DNA of 64,000 nucleotides from Candidatus Tayloriibacteriota bacterium (GCA_943350765.1 CALRAJ010000001.1:16873-80872); one strand, 5' to 3'. Numbered from the stretch's first letter, positions 35,055 to 45,585 are shown. Notes: generated from the sequence alone by a model not told the origin. Translations and numbers: made by a program.

Positions 35055-35660
35055 CTAAAAAGGCAGTGTAAATGTCATGGCACTCTCTTTTTTATCTTGC
35101 CATTTAGAAGTGTCGAGCTTGATTTGTTTTAGCTCACCATTGTCTTTGTATTTTAAATGGTTATTTGCGAGAGCGTATTCGTAGACTTCTTTTGTGATTT
35201 TTACATCTTCAAGGCAGTATTTTTTAATCTTCTCAATTTCACCTTGTTTGTACCATTCGACTGCTTCGAGACCATGTCCGATTTTCTTTTTACCTAGTGT
35301 GGCTTCTGCGACACTGTCGAGCTTTAGCCTTCGTCCTAGTACTGCCCGTATTTCGACGAGTAAGTCGAGACTTTTTATTTTACTGAGATCACCTGGATAA
35401 TATTTGTTCAGCAGTGGAATGTCAAAATGATCGCCGTTGTAGGTGATGAGCATGTCGGCACTTTCTATAATAGGCCAAACCTGTTTTAGTTCTTTGTCTG
35501 TGTAGGCAGTGTATGTATCGGTACTGGAGTCGTAGATGCCGATGACTGAGATGTCGAGTGCCGCTGGGTCATTACTACCCACTTCCTCAAAAAGGTTCTT
35601 GGTTTCAATATCAAAGATAATTTTACGCATGGGTGATATTGTACCAGATTTATATTTCAT
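35055..35660 (-). CDS. DEDD-type 3'-5' exonuclease (RNase H-like fold, PolB-exonuclease-like)
   Basis: Exo I-like (IIFDIETKN), Exo II-like (YNGDHFDIPLL) and Exo III-like (YCLEDV) motifs are present. Confidence 0.6.
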   Translation of the reverse strand: MKYKSGTISPMRKIIFDIETKNLFEEVGSNDPAALDISVIGIYDSSTDTYTAYTDKELKQVWPIIESADMLITYNGDHFDIPLLNKYYPGDLSKIKSLDLLVEIRAVLGRRLKLDSVAEATLGKKKIGHGLEAVEWYKQGEIEKIKKYCLEDVKITKEVYEYALANNHLKYKDNGELKQIKLDTSKWQDKKESAMTFTLPF

Positions 35661-36107
35661 TACAAAATAAAAAGCCCGACATTTAAAAATGTAGGGCAGG
35701 GGAATACGCCCTAAACCAGATCCGTGCGAGTGCCTGAGTACGGCTACACAGACCTACAGCCCAACAGAGGTGGTTGCAGAACAGCCACATACATGAGCAC
35801 ACAGATTTCTGAAAAAGAGCGACAAGGATTACATTACCCATCACAGCATAAATGCTAGGCTATTTGGAACATATGACAACCAAACTTCCTTAGCACCCAC
35901 GCTCCAAGTAATACTCAAACCCCTACCCTAGGGTATTTATAGCTTATCTTAATAGATCTGACAATACTTGACAAGTATGGTATACTTGTGCTATTATTAA
36001 TGATAAGTTTCCAACCTAAATAAAAGTCTGATTGTGCTTTTCTTTACAAACCCAACGGCTCAACATGCCTGTTGAGCCGTTGGAATGGCTAATCTAAGGC
36101 TTATTTA

Positions 36108-36533
36108 CTATTTTAAAGAATCACCCTTCGGCTTGATTATGTAAGGTAATCCAATGAAAAAGAGGCTCCATATCGTCAGAGCAGGAAGAATGACCAGCAT
36201 CAAATCTCCACCTGGCTCAAATAAGTATCTAACACACTCCCAAGTAAAAATAATGTATGTGCTTGTGACTGCATAGAACAAGAATTCTTCAATTGGTAGG
36301 TCGAATACAAATAACCCCAAAGTATCTTTGCGGTTAAATTGCCAAAGCCACAAGGAATCCCTTGATCCATGTTTTGTGGCCCAGATATCCCACACACTTC
36401 CAACAACAGTAATACCGATAGTAAAGATCATCAACTGTAGTAAATTTATCTGGTCAAGTATAAAATAACCCTCAACAAGCATGGGTATTAGAAATACAAA
36501 TACTAGGCTTCCTAAATAATAAAATCTTCTCAT
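36108..36533 (-). CDS. small polytopic membrane protein, 141 aa (weak resemblance to the lycopene-cyclase-domain family)
   Basis: Four predicted TM helices. It carries a PIEEFLFY motif. The gene overlaps the stop of hisS by 4 nt. Confidence 0.45.
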   Translation of the reverse strand: MRRFYYLGSLVFVFLIPMLVEGYFILDQINLLQLMIFTIGITVVGSVWDIWATKHGSRDSLWLWQFNRKDTLGLFVFDLPIEEFLFYAVTSTYIIFTWECVRYLFEPGGDLMLVILPALTIWSLFFIGLPYIIKPKGDSLK

Positions 36534-37849
36534 TTTTGTTTAACTATTCCCACAATCTCTTTTTCTGTCGCAACTTTTTCCTCTCCCGTTGTCATGTTTT
36601 TGACTTTAAACTGACCAGATTTGACTTCGTCTGCACCGATGACTGTTACGAAAGGAATCTTATTTTTGTCGGCATACTTGATCTGATCACCTATTTTTTT
36701 ATCAGAATAATCGAGGGCAACAGAGACACCGGCTTCACGCAGATTTTGAGCTAGGTCTTGGGCAAAGGCTGTGGCAGTATCGTCCGCAAGAGCAATATAT
36801 AGACGAGTTTTTGAGGTCTCGGCTGGGAGTAGTCCGTAAGTTTCGAGTAAATCCTTCATCACCACATCTCCTGCACCAAAACCGATCGTAGGGACTTTTT
36901 CTTGACCAAAAATTGCGAGTAGGTCATCATAGCGTCCACCACCAAAGACTGATCGACGGTTGTCGGGATTAGTATCAAAGATTTCAAAAATCGTGCCGGT
37001 GTAGTAGTCAAAGCCTCGCATGAGGGTTTGGTCAAAGATGACATTGGTAATACCGAGTTTTTCGAGATTTTCTATCACGGCTTTTGTTTCTAGGATACCT
37101 TCGTAGGTCTGCATTGAGACGGGGAGTATGGAGATAAAATTTTCAAAGTTCTGGGAGTTGATAAGCTCCTTAAATAAATCATACTTTAGTCCGACTATCG
37201 CCTCAGTTTTAGATTCAAATTCGTTCGCTGGCATTTTTGCTTTTCGGTCAATAATTTTCGCAAGTGCATGTGCGTTATCCGCTGAAAGCTCGAGGACTTC
37301 ATTCATGATAAAATTAACAATTTTACGATTGTTTACTCGTACAGCAAATTGTTGATCCTTGAGACCAAACGCCCGCAGGATTTCCACTGCCAGAGAAATC
37401 ACCTCTACTTCTGCCTGAAGTGATTTTACACCAAACAAATCTACATTGAGTTGCCAATGTTCACGGAGGCGACCACGCTGAGGCTGTTCGTAGCGAAAAA
37501 GGTTTGGTATCGAATACCAACGGAGAGGGAATGAGAGCTCACGCTTTTTGCCCGCTACCATACGGGCGACGGTCGGTGTCATTTCTGGGCGGAGCGTGAC
37601 TTCACGCTCACCTCGGTCTATAAAGGTGTAAGTCTGCTCATTTACCAGCTCCTCACCAGACTTTGCACGATAGAGCTCGGCTGGCTCGAGAACCGAAGCA
37701 CTGTATTCCTGATACCCAAATTTCTCCACTACCTTTTTACATGTTGCAAAGATGTGATTTTGTATCGCCATATCAGAAGGGTAAAAGTCGCGGACACCTT
37801 TGTAACTTTCGGTGGAAATCTTTTTTATTTTTGATTTATTTTCTGACAT
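36530..37849 (-). CDS. hisS: histidyl-tRNA synthetase
   Basis: Class II motifs (FRYEQPQRGRLREHWQ; GGGRYD) and a C-terminal anticodon-binding domain are present. The size is typical at 439 aa. Confidence 0.9.
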   Translation of the reverse strand: MSENKSKIKKISTESYKGVRDFYPSDMAIQNHIFATCKKVVEKFGYQEYSASVLEPAELYRAKSGEELVNEQTYTFIDRGEREVTLRPEMTPTVARMVAGKKRELSFPLRWYSIPNLFRYEQPQRGRLREHWQLNVDLFGVKSLQAEVEVISLAVEILRAFGLKDQQFAVRVNNRKIVNFIMNEVLELSADNAHALAKIIDRKAKMPANEFESKTEAIVGLKYDLFKELINSQNFENFISILPVSMQTYEGILETKAVIENLEKLGITNVIFDQTLMRGFDYYTGTIFEIFDTNPDNRRSVFGGGRYDDLLAIFGQEKVPTIGFGAGDVVMKDLLETYGLLPAETSKTRLYIALADDTATAFAQDLAQNLREAGVSVALDYSDKKIGDQIKYADKNKIPFVTVIGADEVKSGQFKVKNMTTGEEKVATEKEIVGIVKQK

Positions 37850-37923
37850 TGATATATTCTAGCAAATTAATTGATTTTTTGAAACAAATTGGCTTTGCCA
37901 ACATAAATGATATACTATACTTT

Positions 37924-38538
37924 ATGAATAAAATATATATTTCAGCTACGCTTACAGCACTAGTACTTGTGAGTGGGGGGTGGTATATTTTTAATAGTAA
38001 TACAAAAGACATGATACCGAAACCCGAAAGCCAAACAGCTAGTATTACTAACGAAAAAATTATGAACACCACATTCAAAACCAATAAAGGAGACATTGTA
38101 ATTGAGTTTAATAAAGAGGGTACTCCAAACACCGTTGCCAATTTTACCAAACTCGCTCAGGCTAACTTTTATAACGGAGTAAAATTTCACCGTGTGATCA
38201 AAAACTTTATGATCCAAGGTGGCGACCCATTGACCAAGGACGATTCCCAGATGGCTAGGTGGGGGACTGGTGGTCCAGGGTATACCTTTGCAGATGAGAT
38301 TGGTGTAAATAATAAAAATCTAGCTGGTACTATTTCAATGGCAAATGCTGGAGCAAATACAAACGGCAGTCAATTTTTCATAAATACAAAAGACAATAAT
38401 GGTTTAGATTCAAAACACACAGTATTTGGTCGTGTAGTAGTGGGTATGGATGTTGTAATGAAAATCGAGAACTCCAAAACAGATTCCTATGACAGACCTA
38501 TCGACCCTGTGATTATTGAGAGTGTTGTACTCAAGTAG
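37924..38538 (+). CDS. cyclophilin-type peptidyl-prolyl cis-trans isomerase, secreted or anchored
   Basis: An N-terminal signal/TM segment is followed by cyclophilin motifs (FHRVIKNFMIQGGD; SMANAG.NTNGSQFFI). The ORF track opens at 37663; the internal ATG at 37924 follows a TGATATACTATACT box. Confidence 0.85.
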   Translation: MNKIYISATLTALVLVSGGWYIFNSNTKDMIPKPESQTASITNEKIMNTTFKTNKGDIVIEFNKEGTPNTVANFTKLAQANFYNGVKFHRVIKNFMIQGGDPLTKDDSQMARWGTGGPGYTFADEIGVNNKNLAGTISMANAGANTNGSQFFINTKDNNGLDSKHTVFGRVVVGMDVVMKIENSKTDSYDRPIDPVIIESVVLK

Positions 38539-38564
38539 AAGGCTTTCCTAGTTATATGATATAA

Positions 38565-40724
38565 ATGAAACTTACAGAAAACGAAAAAAGAGACGTTATA
38601 AAATACTTGGATGCTGGTAAACCTTTGCCAGACAAGTATCGATTTTTGCTATTCAAGGATGATAGAGAGGTTGAGCTTGTATGGAATGGAAAAACAAACG
38701 AGGTTACCAATGTGGTTTTACCTTTTCAAATTATTGAGCAGATAGATGAACCGAGAGAGGGCAAAGAGTTTGGAGATGGTGGAACGCTTTTTGATACATC
38801 GGGAAAACAAATAACGGGCTGGACCAATAAACTTATTTGGGGCGATAACAAACTCATTTTATCATCGCTCAAGAATGGTCCGCTTAGAAAAGAAATAGAA
38901 GCACAAGGAGGATTGAAACTGATTTATATAGACCCACCATTTGATGTCGGGGCTGATTTTTCTGTGCCAATTAAAATTGGCGAAGATGATGAGGAAAGTT
39001 TTACTAAAAAACCGTCAGTGATTGAAGAGGTTGCTTTTCGTGATACTTGGGGTAAAGGAGCTGATAGTTTTATCGCTATGATGTATGAGCGATTGAAATT
39101 GATGCACGATTTACTTGCGGAGGACGGAAGTATTTATGTTCATTGTGATTGGCGAGTAAACAGTTATATGCGTTTGATTTTAGATGAAGTATTTGGAAAA
39201 GATAATTTTCTTAATCAACTTATTTGGCATTATCAAGCAGGGACTGCACCCATAAAAGGATTCGCAAAAAAGCACGACTACATTATTTCGTTTGCAAAAA
39301 ATAGGGAATCAGTAATTTTTAATCAGGTTCGGCTTCTTGTAAAAGACGAGAGTATATATCCGTTGTTTGATGAAGACGGAAGAAAATATAGAATGTCTGG
39401 CAATAACAACGCAACAAGATATTATGCTGACGAGGGACGAAAAGCTGATGATGTTTGGACTTGGTTGGATAGAAAAGAAAATAACATTGTACAGGTATTC
39501 AACGCACTACCAGAGCATATAAATTATCCAACACAGAAACCAGAGAAGTTAATTAGGAGAATAATAGAGGCATCTTCAAACGAAGGTGATTTAGTCGCTG
39601 ATTTTTTCTGTGGCTCGGGTACAACTTTAGCCGTAGCAGAGAAGCTCGGCAGAAAATGGATTGGTTCAGACTTGGGAAAGTTTGGTGTTCATACCTCAAG
39701 AAAAAGAATGATTGGCGTGCAGAGAGAGTTAAAAAAAGAAAGCAAAGGGTTCAGAGCTTTTGAGATTATGAATGTTGGTAGATATGAACGAGAAAACTTT
39801 ATCTCTACAAATAATGATTTGCGAGCCGAAGAAAAAGCGAAACAAATAGAAAAGAAAGAAAAAAAGTTTGTCTCGCTTATTCTCTCCGCATACAAAGCAG
39901 AGCCAGTAGAGAATTTTGAGAACTTTGTTGGTAAGAAGAGAGACAGGCTTGTCGCTATCGGTCCCATCAATCTACCCGTGTCCTCAAAGTTTATCGACTT
40001 CATCCTCGAAGAATGTACTATCCATAAAATTACCAAGGTTGATGTGCTTGGATTTGATTACGAGATGGGGCTAGATTTTACAAAGTCTAAAGATTTGGGC
40101 ATTGATATAGAATTTAAGGTTATTCCAAGAGAGGTATTTGATAAGAGGGCGGTGGAACGAGGACAGGTAAAGTTCTACGATGTCGCTTTCATTGAGTGTA
40201 AGCCGATTGTGTCGGGGAAAGGTGCTACAAAAGAACTATCAATAGAGCTAACTGATTTTTCCGTTTTCTATAACCAAGACAACACTGGAGAGATTGAGCA
40301 GGATTTGCGAGCGGGAGGTACAAAGGTTGTCGTTGAAAACGGACAAGTTATAAAGATTTCCAAAGATAAGAAAACTGAAATCGTTACTCGTGAGGTTCTT
40401 ACTAAAAAGTGGAGTGATTGGATTGACTACTGGGCTGTGGACTATGACTTTGCTGATAGAAAAGAAATAATTCGAGTACCAAAGACACACGGCGATAATC
40501 TGTTTGAGAAAGGTAAGCAACAAGACCTCATAGAGTATGAGGAAGTTTGGACTGGAGACTATATCTTTGATAACGAGTGGCAGAGTTTTCGTACCAAAAA
40601 GAAACGCAATCTTGAGCTTGTTTCTGCTCCAAAAGAATTACCGAAAGGAAAATATAAAGTAGCAGTTAAGGTCGTGGATATTTTTGGGAACGATACGACA
40701 AAAGTAATTGAGGTGAAAATATAA
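38565..40724 (+). CDS. mod: Type III restriction-modification methyltransferase (Mod, N6-adenine)
   Basis: Motif IV DPPF (IYIDPPFDVG) and motif I (FFCGSGTTLAVAEKLGRKWIGSDL) are present. The size is typical for Mod, and a Res gene lies downstream. Confidence 0.85.
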   Translation: MKLTENEKRDVIKYLDAGKPLPDKYRFLLFKDDREVELVWNGKTNEVTNVVLPFQIIEQIDEPREGKEFGDGGTLFDTSGKQITGWTNKLIWGDNKLILSSLKNGPLRKEIEAQGGLKLIYIDPPFDVGADFSVPIKIGEDDEESFTKKPSVIEEVAFRDTWGKGADSFIAMMYERLKLMHDLLAEDGSIYVHCDWRVNSYMRLILDEVFGKDNFLNQLIWHYQAGTAPIKGFAKKHDYIISFAKNRESVIFNQVRLLVKDESIYPLFDEDGRKYRMSGNNNATRYYADEGRKADDVWTWLDRKENNIVQVFNALPEHINYPTQKPEKLIRRIIEASSNEGDLVADFFCGSGTTLAVAEKLGRKWIGSDLGKFGVHTSRKRMIGVQRELKKESKGFRAFEIMNVGRYERENFISTNNDLRAEEKAKQIEKKEKKFVSLILSAYKAEPVENFENFVGKKRDRLVAIGPINLPVSSKFIDFILEECTIHKITKVDVLGFDYEMGLDFTKSKDLGIDIEFKVIPREVFDKRAVERGQVKFYDVAFIECKPIVSGKGATKELSIELTDFSVFYNQDNTGEIEQDLRAGGTKVVVENGQVIKISKDKKTEIVTREVLTKKWSDWIDYWAVDYDFADRKEIIRVPKTHGDNLFEKGKQQDLIEYEEVWTGDYIFDNEWQSFRTKKKRNLELVSAPKELPKGKYKVAVKVVDIFGNDTTKVIEVKI

Positions 40725-40729
40725 ACAAT

Positions 40730-40954
40730 ATGGCAAGAATAAATTTTAATCAGATATTTAATAGAAACCCTCAAACTGGTGCAATAACACCGAGAGCCAT
40801 GGTTCGAGTTGGCGGGGTTACTTTTGGTACTGGAGTTACCTTTGGTGCAGGGGTTTCATTTAGCGGTATTGATTTATCACAATTTATAAATAACGACTTT
40901 GAAGTTGATGTTGAAGGAGAGTTGTTTGTTATAAAGGGAATTTATACTCAATAA
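40730..40954 (+). CDS. small Gly-rich protein, 74 aa (repeat GVTFGTGVTFGAGVSFSG), inserted between mod and res
   Basis: The ORF lies in the 5 bp-spaced gap after the mod stop. No family was recognised. Confidence 0.35.
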   Translation: MARINFNQIFNRNPQTGAITPRAMVRVGGVTFGTGVTFGAGVSFSGIDLSQFINNDFEVDVEGELFVIKGIYTQ

Positions 40955-40958
40955 TTAT

Positions 40959-41261
40959 ATGGCAAAACAAGAACCGCAAATAAAATTTAATGACCCGATT
41001 GAAACAATAAATAAAAAACTGGATAATTTTTTCTTGATTCTTTTTTCAGTCGGATTTGTATTTGTCATAACTCTTATTGTTATGGTTGTAACTTTACTTA
41101 TCGATTCTTTTCATTTTAATTCTGCTACCTATAAAGAGTATGCAGAAAAAACAGATGCGGTAGAAGCTACGCAAAAAATCAATCAACAACTCCTAGAGCA
41201 AAATGCTAAGAATCAGCAGATGATTATTGATTTAGCAACTCAGCTTTTACAGAAAAAATAA
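40959..41261 (+). CDS. small single-pass membrane protein with a C-terminal coiled-coil, 100 aa, inserted between mod and res
   Basis: One TM helix (FFLILFSVGFVFVITLIVMVVTLLI) and Q/K-rich heptad-like C-terminal residues. It is tightly packed, with 2 nt before the res start. Confidence 0.4.
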   Translation: MAKQEPQIKFNDPIETINKKLDNFFLILFSVGFVFVITLIVMVVTLLIDSFHFNSATYKEYAEKTDAVEATQKINQQLLEQNAKNQQMIIDLATQLLQKK

Positions 41262-41262
41262 T

Positions 41263-43947
41263 ATGGCACTCCATAAAGATTTTCCTAAAGACCCATACGC
41301 AATCCTAGACCCGAACATTCGGTGGTTTCCTGCTGATGAAGACTTACGAGAGAAAGGTTTTGATAAGCTCATACCGCCCCTAGTAGCAACGCTAAGAAAG
41401 GAGGTGCAAGAATGGAGAAATAATAAATACGAGGGTGCGAGCGAGACATCCAAAGCACTTCTAGACTGGTGGTTCAAAGAGGAGCATATTATCTATAATA
41501 CAGACGGCTCATCCTATAATTTCCGATACTACTTTGCTCAGAGAGAAGCCCTAGAGACTGTTATTTGGCTCTACGAGGTCGCTGGGGTCAAAGATAAGTA
41601 CGATTTGATAAGATACAACTCTACTGGCGTACTAAGTCCTCAAATGTTCACTGAGGATTGGCTTAGATTCGTGATTAAAATGGCGACAGGGGCAGGTAAA
41701 ACAAAGGTAATGAGCTTAGTCGTTGCTTGGGCATATTTCCATAGGTTGTACGAAAAAGATTCGGGACTGGCTAAAAACTTTCTTTTGATTACGCCAAATG
41801 TCATTGTCTTTGAAAGAATTAAAAAAGATTTTGAAGGTAGTGGTAATATTTTTTTTACAGACCCAGTAATACCTGAAAATGGTTATCAAGGTCAAAACTG
41901 GAGAGATGATTTTCAAGTAACTTTACATCTGCAAGATGACCTACGAGCTATCTCTGATACAGGTAACATTTTTCTCACAAACATTCACCGAGTTTTTGAA
42001 AGTGATGTAAGTGAGGCGGGTGCGGAAGACGAGGACACTTCGGAGTATTTTCTTGGTGATAAGTCAGTAACTAAAACAAACGATTCAACTGTTGATTTAG
42101 GAATGATAATCAGAGACATAGAAGAGCTTGTTGTCATCAATGACGAAGCTCACCATATTCACGAAGAAAATGCGTGGTTGAAGTCCATCCGTGATATTGA
42201 TAACAAACTAAAACAAAAAGGTGGTCGGCTATCCTTGCAGTTGGATGTTACGGCTACTCCAAAGAAAAATGATGGCTCAATTTTTGTGCAGGTTATTTCT
42301 GACTTTCCACTTGTCGAAGCTATACACCAAAGAATAGTAAAAAATCCTGTGGTTCCCGATGAGGCAAGTAGAGGTAAATTAAAACCAAACCAAAGCACTT
42401 TATTCAGTGAAAAATACAGAGATTATATAAATCTTGGTATTGAGGAGTGGAGGAAGACATACAAGGAGCTTGAGCCGACTGGCAAGAAATCAATTCTTTT
42501 TATAATGACTGACGACACCAAGAATTGTGATGAAGTTGCCGAATACATAGAGACAAGTTTTGCTGATTTGAAAGGTGCAGTGCTAACGATTCACACAAAC
42601 AAAAGCGGAGAGATTTCAGAGACAGTTTCTGGTAAGAATAAGGATGAGCTTGATACCCTTAGAAAACAAGCGAATGACATAGATGGCTGGGGTAGTCCGT
42701 ATAAGGTCATAGTATCCGTTATGATGCTCAAAGAGGGCTGGGATGTTAAGAATGTGACGACTATAGTCGGTTTACGCCCCTACGCCTCAGATTCAAAGAT
42801 ATTGCCCGAGCAGACGCTTGGTAGAGGTTTGAGACGAATGTATTTCGGCAGGGACGACATTGATGAGTATGTGAGCGTCATCGGTACGCCTGCGTTTATG
42901 GACTTCGTTGAATCAATCAAAGGCGAGGGTGTATTACTTGAAAAACGACTTATGGGAAGTGGGTCCAAGCCAATTACTCCTATGGTTGTGGAGGTAGACA
43001 AAGACAATCCAAAGAAAGATATTGAGAAACTTGATATAGAAATCCCTGTAATGTCGCCGAGAATACAAAGGGAATATAAAAACCTTGCCGAGTTAGATGT
43101 GTCTAGGTTTGGTAATAAAAAAGTCGCAATCAAGACCTTCTCAGAGCAAGAAAAACGAGAGATTGTGTTTAAAGATGTAGTAGACGAGAAAGTGCATCAC
43201 ACCACCATACTTACTGGCGATATTGAGCCGAACTATCAAAGCGTGATAGGTTTCTTTGCACAGGCGATAATGCGAGAGCTACGGCTCTTTGGTTGCTACG
43301 ATATTCTCTTTGGCAAAGTGAAGGATTTTGTAGAGAATCAGATGTTTGATGGCTCGGTCAATCTTTCGGACATGAACCTACTCCGCAATCTATCAGAGAT
43401 AGAGTATATAAAACTTATTAAAGATGTTTTCAAGAAAGGCATCAATGAGCTTACGGTGGAAGACAAGGGAGATACTGAGATAAAAAACTATATAAAAATC
43501 AGTGAAGCGAGACCATTCGTGGTGAACGACAAATCTTTCTTAATACCGCAAAAATCTGTATTCAACAGAATCGTTGGCGACAGTGGTTTTGAGCTTGAGT
43601 TTTCTGCTTTCTTGGACAAGTGCGATGATGTCGTTTCTTTTGCTAAAAACTTTCAAAATAAAGAAGCGAACGCTCTCCGCATTGAGTATAAAAATGCGGA
43701 GGGTTTTATCGCTTACTATTACCCCGACTTCTTTGTGAAAGTTGACGACAAAAATATATTCATAATTGAAACCAAAGGCAGAGAGGAAGAAGACGACAAG
43801 CTCAAGTTTGATCGGTTGTTAAAATGGTGCGAAGATGTAAATAGCAGGCAGACCAAAATGATTTACAAAGCTCTGTATGTAAAACAGGAAATTTGGGATA
43901 AATATAAGACAAAAGACTTCAGGGAATTAATTTCGATATTTAAATAA
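41263..43947 (+). CDS. res: Type III restriction endonuclease subunit (Res, SF2 helicase-nuclease)
   Basis: Walker A (MATGAGKTKVM), a DEAH box (VINDEAHH) and helicase motif VI-like (LGRGLRR) are present. The size is typical for Res. Confidence 0.85.
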   Translation: MALHKDFPKDPYAILDPNIRWFPADEDLREKGFDKLIPPLVATLRKEVQEWRNNKYEGASETSKALLDWWFKEEHIIYNTDGSSYNFRYYFAQREALETVIWLYEVAGVKDKYDLIRYNSTGVLSPQMFTEDWLRFVIKMATGAGKTKVMSLVVAWAYFHRLYEKDSGLAKNFLLITPNVIVFERIKKDFEGSGNIFFTDPVIPENGYQGQNWRDDFQVTLHLQDDLRAISDTGNIFLTNIHRVFESDVSEAGAEDEDTSEYFLGDKSVTKTNDSTVDLGMIIRDIEELVVINDEAHHIHEENAWLKSIRDIDNKLKQKGGRLSLQLDVTATPKKNDGSIFVQVISDFPLVEAIHQRIVKNPVVPDEASRGKLKPNQSTLFSEKYRDYINLGIEEWRKTYKELEPTGKKSILFIMTDDTKNCDEVAEYIETSFADLKGAVLTIHTNKSGEISETVSGKNKDELDTLRKQANDIDGWGSPYKVIVSVMMLKEGWDVKNVTTIVGLRPYASDSKILPEQTLGRGLRRMYFGRDDIDEYVSVIGTPAFMDFVESIKGEGVLLEKRLMGSGSKPITPMVVEVDKDNPKKDIEKLDIEIPVMSPRIQREYKNLAELDVSRFGNKKVAIKTFSEQEKREIVFKDVVDEKVHHTTILTGDIEPNYQSVIGFFAQAIMRELRLFGCYDILFGKVKDFVENQMFDGSVNLSDMNLLRNLSEIEYIKLIKDVFKKGINELTVEDKGDTEIKNYIKISEARPFVVNDKSFLIPQKSVFNRIVGDSGFELEFSAFLDKCDDVVSFAKNFQNKEANALRIEYKNAEGFIAYYYPDFFVKVDDKNIFIIETKGREEEDDKLKFDRLLKWCEDVNSRQTKMIYKALYVKQEIWDKYKTKDFRELISIFK

Positions 43948-43951
43948 AAAA

Positions 43952-45253
43952 ATGAAATCTATTTTAAAACAAATCATACCTAAGCAAATATTTTCTATTT
44001 ATCATTATATCTTGGCGGTCAGCTCATCTTTATATTACGGTGAACCATCAAAGAAGCTCATCATCATAGGTGTCACTGGTACAAAGGGTAAAACCTCAAC
44101 CGCCAATTTTATCTGGACAGCTCTAAATCAAAAATATAAAACAGGACTGATCAGTACTGCAAATATCCGTATCGGTGATCACCATGAGTTAAATAGCTAC
44201 CACATGACCATGCCCGGTCGTTTTACTATTCAAAGACTTATTAGAAAAATGGTAGGCGAAGGCTGTGTGTACTGTGTCGTCGAAACAACCTCTGAGGGTA
44301 TCAAGCAGTTTCGACACAAGGGTATTTATTACGATACTCTAGTATTTACCAATCTCACTCCAGAGCATTTACCCTCACATGAGGGAAGTTTTGAAAAATA
44401 TAAAGAGGCAAAGGGTACTATTTTCAGGGAACTTTCTACTAGACCTAAAAAAGTCATCGGCGGACAAGAAATCCCAACTAGCATTATCGTAAATGCTGAT
44501 AGCGAACACAAAGACTATTTTCTAAGCTTTGACGCCGATAGTAAGGTCACATACAGTATGAATAACCCAGCTGACTTTCAGGCAACAGGTACTTCTCACA
44601 GTCCAGAAGGCCCCTCATTTGCCCTAGGTAACGAGCGTTATCATCTTTCGATACTTGGTACTTTTAATATCTACAATGCCTTGCCAGCGGTTATAATCGC
44701 CAAAAATGCAGGTCTTGATTCTGAAGAAATTCAAGTTGGTTTGGACAAGCTCGTACTTATTCCTGGGAGAATGGAGCTGATTAGTGAGGGGCAGAAATAT
44801 ACAGTAATAGTAGACTATGCCCATGAAAAAGAAAGTATGACAGCCTTGCTTGCTACAGCTAGTTTGATAAGGGAAATGGGTAAAAAAATTATTATTGTTC
44901 TCGGAGCTGAGGGTGGAGGGCGTGATAAGACAAAGAGATCTGCAATGGGAACTATTGTCGGAAAGGAAGCAGACTTTGTGATCGTGACAACAGTTGATCC
45001 GTATGACGATGATCCAATGGAAATAATCGAGGATATAGCAGTGGTAGCCGAGCAAATGGGCAAAGTTCGAGAGAAAAATCTATTCCCCATACTAGACAGA
45101 GAACAAGGGATTGTAAAAGCACTTTCACTTGCTCAGGAAGGCGATATTGTACTCATTACAGGCAAAGGTGCCGAGCAGTCTATGGTTACAAATGCTGGTA
45201 CTATTCTGTGGGATGATAGGGAGGTGGTGAGGCATTTATTGAAGTTGAAATGA
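43952..45253 (+). CDS. Mur ligase family protein (MurE-like)
   Basis: A P-loop (GVTGTKGKTST) and a Mur ligase motif (FTNLTPEHLPSHEGSFEKYKEAK) are present. A GC hairpin (CCCGCGGCG-AGTA-CGCCGCGGG) lies at about 45304-45326. Confidence 0.7.
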   Translation: MKSILKQIIPKQIFSIYHYILAVSSSLYYGEPSKKLIIIGVTGTKGKTSTANFIWTALNQKYKTGLISTANIRIGDHHELNSYHMTMPGRFTIQRLIRKMVGEGCVYCVVETTSEGIKQFRHKGIYYDTLVFTNLTPEHLPSHEGSFEKYKEAKGTIFRELSTRPKKVIGGQEIPTSIIVNADSEHKDYFLSFDADSKVTYSMNNPADFQATGTSHSPEGPSFALGNERYHLSILGTFNIYNALPAVIIAKNAGLDSEEIQVGLDKLVLIPGRMELISEGQKYTVIVDYAHEKESMTALLATASLIREMGKKIIIVLGAEGGGRDKTKRSAMGTIVGKEADFVIVTTVDPYDDDPMEIIEDIAVVAEQMGKVREKNLFPILDREQGIVKALSLAQEGDIVLITGKGAEQSMVTNAGTILWDDREVVRHLLKLK

Positions 45254-45585
45254 GGGTAACTCGATAGCTAAAATTACATACCCAGAATTACGAAAGAGTA
45301 AGACCCGCGGCGAGTACGCCGCGGGCGGAACCGAGCATAAATCCATTCGATGGCTCAGTGCTTTTGTATAAAAACCACTGAGCCATTACTATTTTTATAC
45401 CAAAAATAGGTTAAAAATAGTATAAAAAGCAAAAATCAAATATGGCTCTGTATAGCCATACTCAAAGGCTAAACGCTAGCGTTTAGCCTTTGAGTATTTG
45501 TGGCATAAAGTCAAAACCGCCTGATAAGGCGGTTTTGACTAGAACATTCAGAAAACAAAATTCGCAGACATATTACTGCTGTTGC

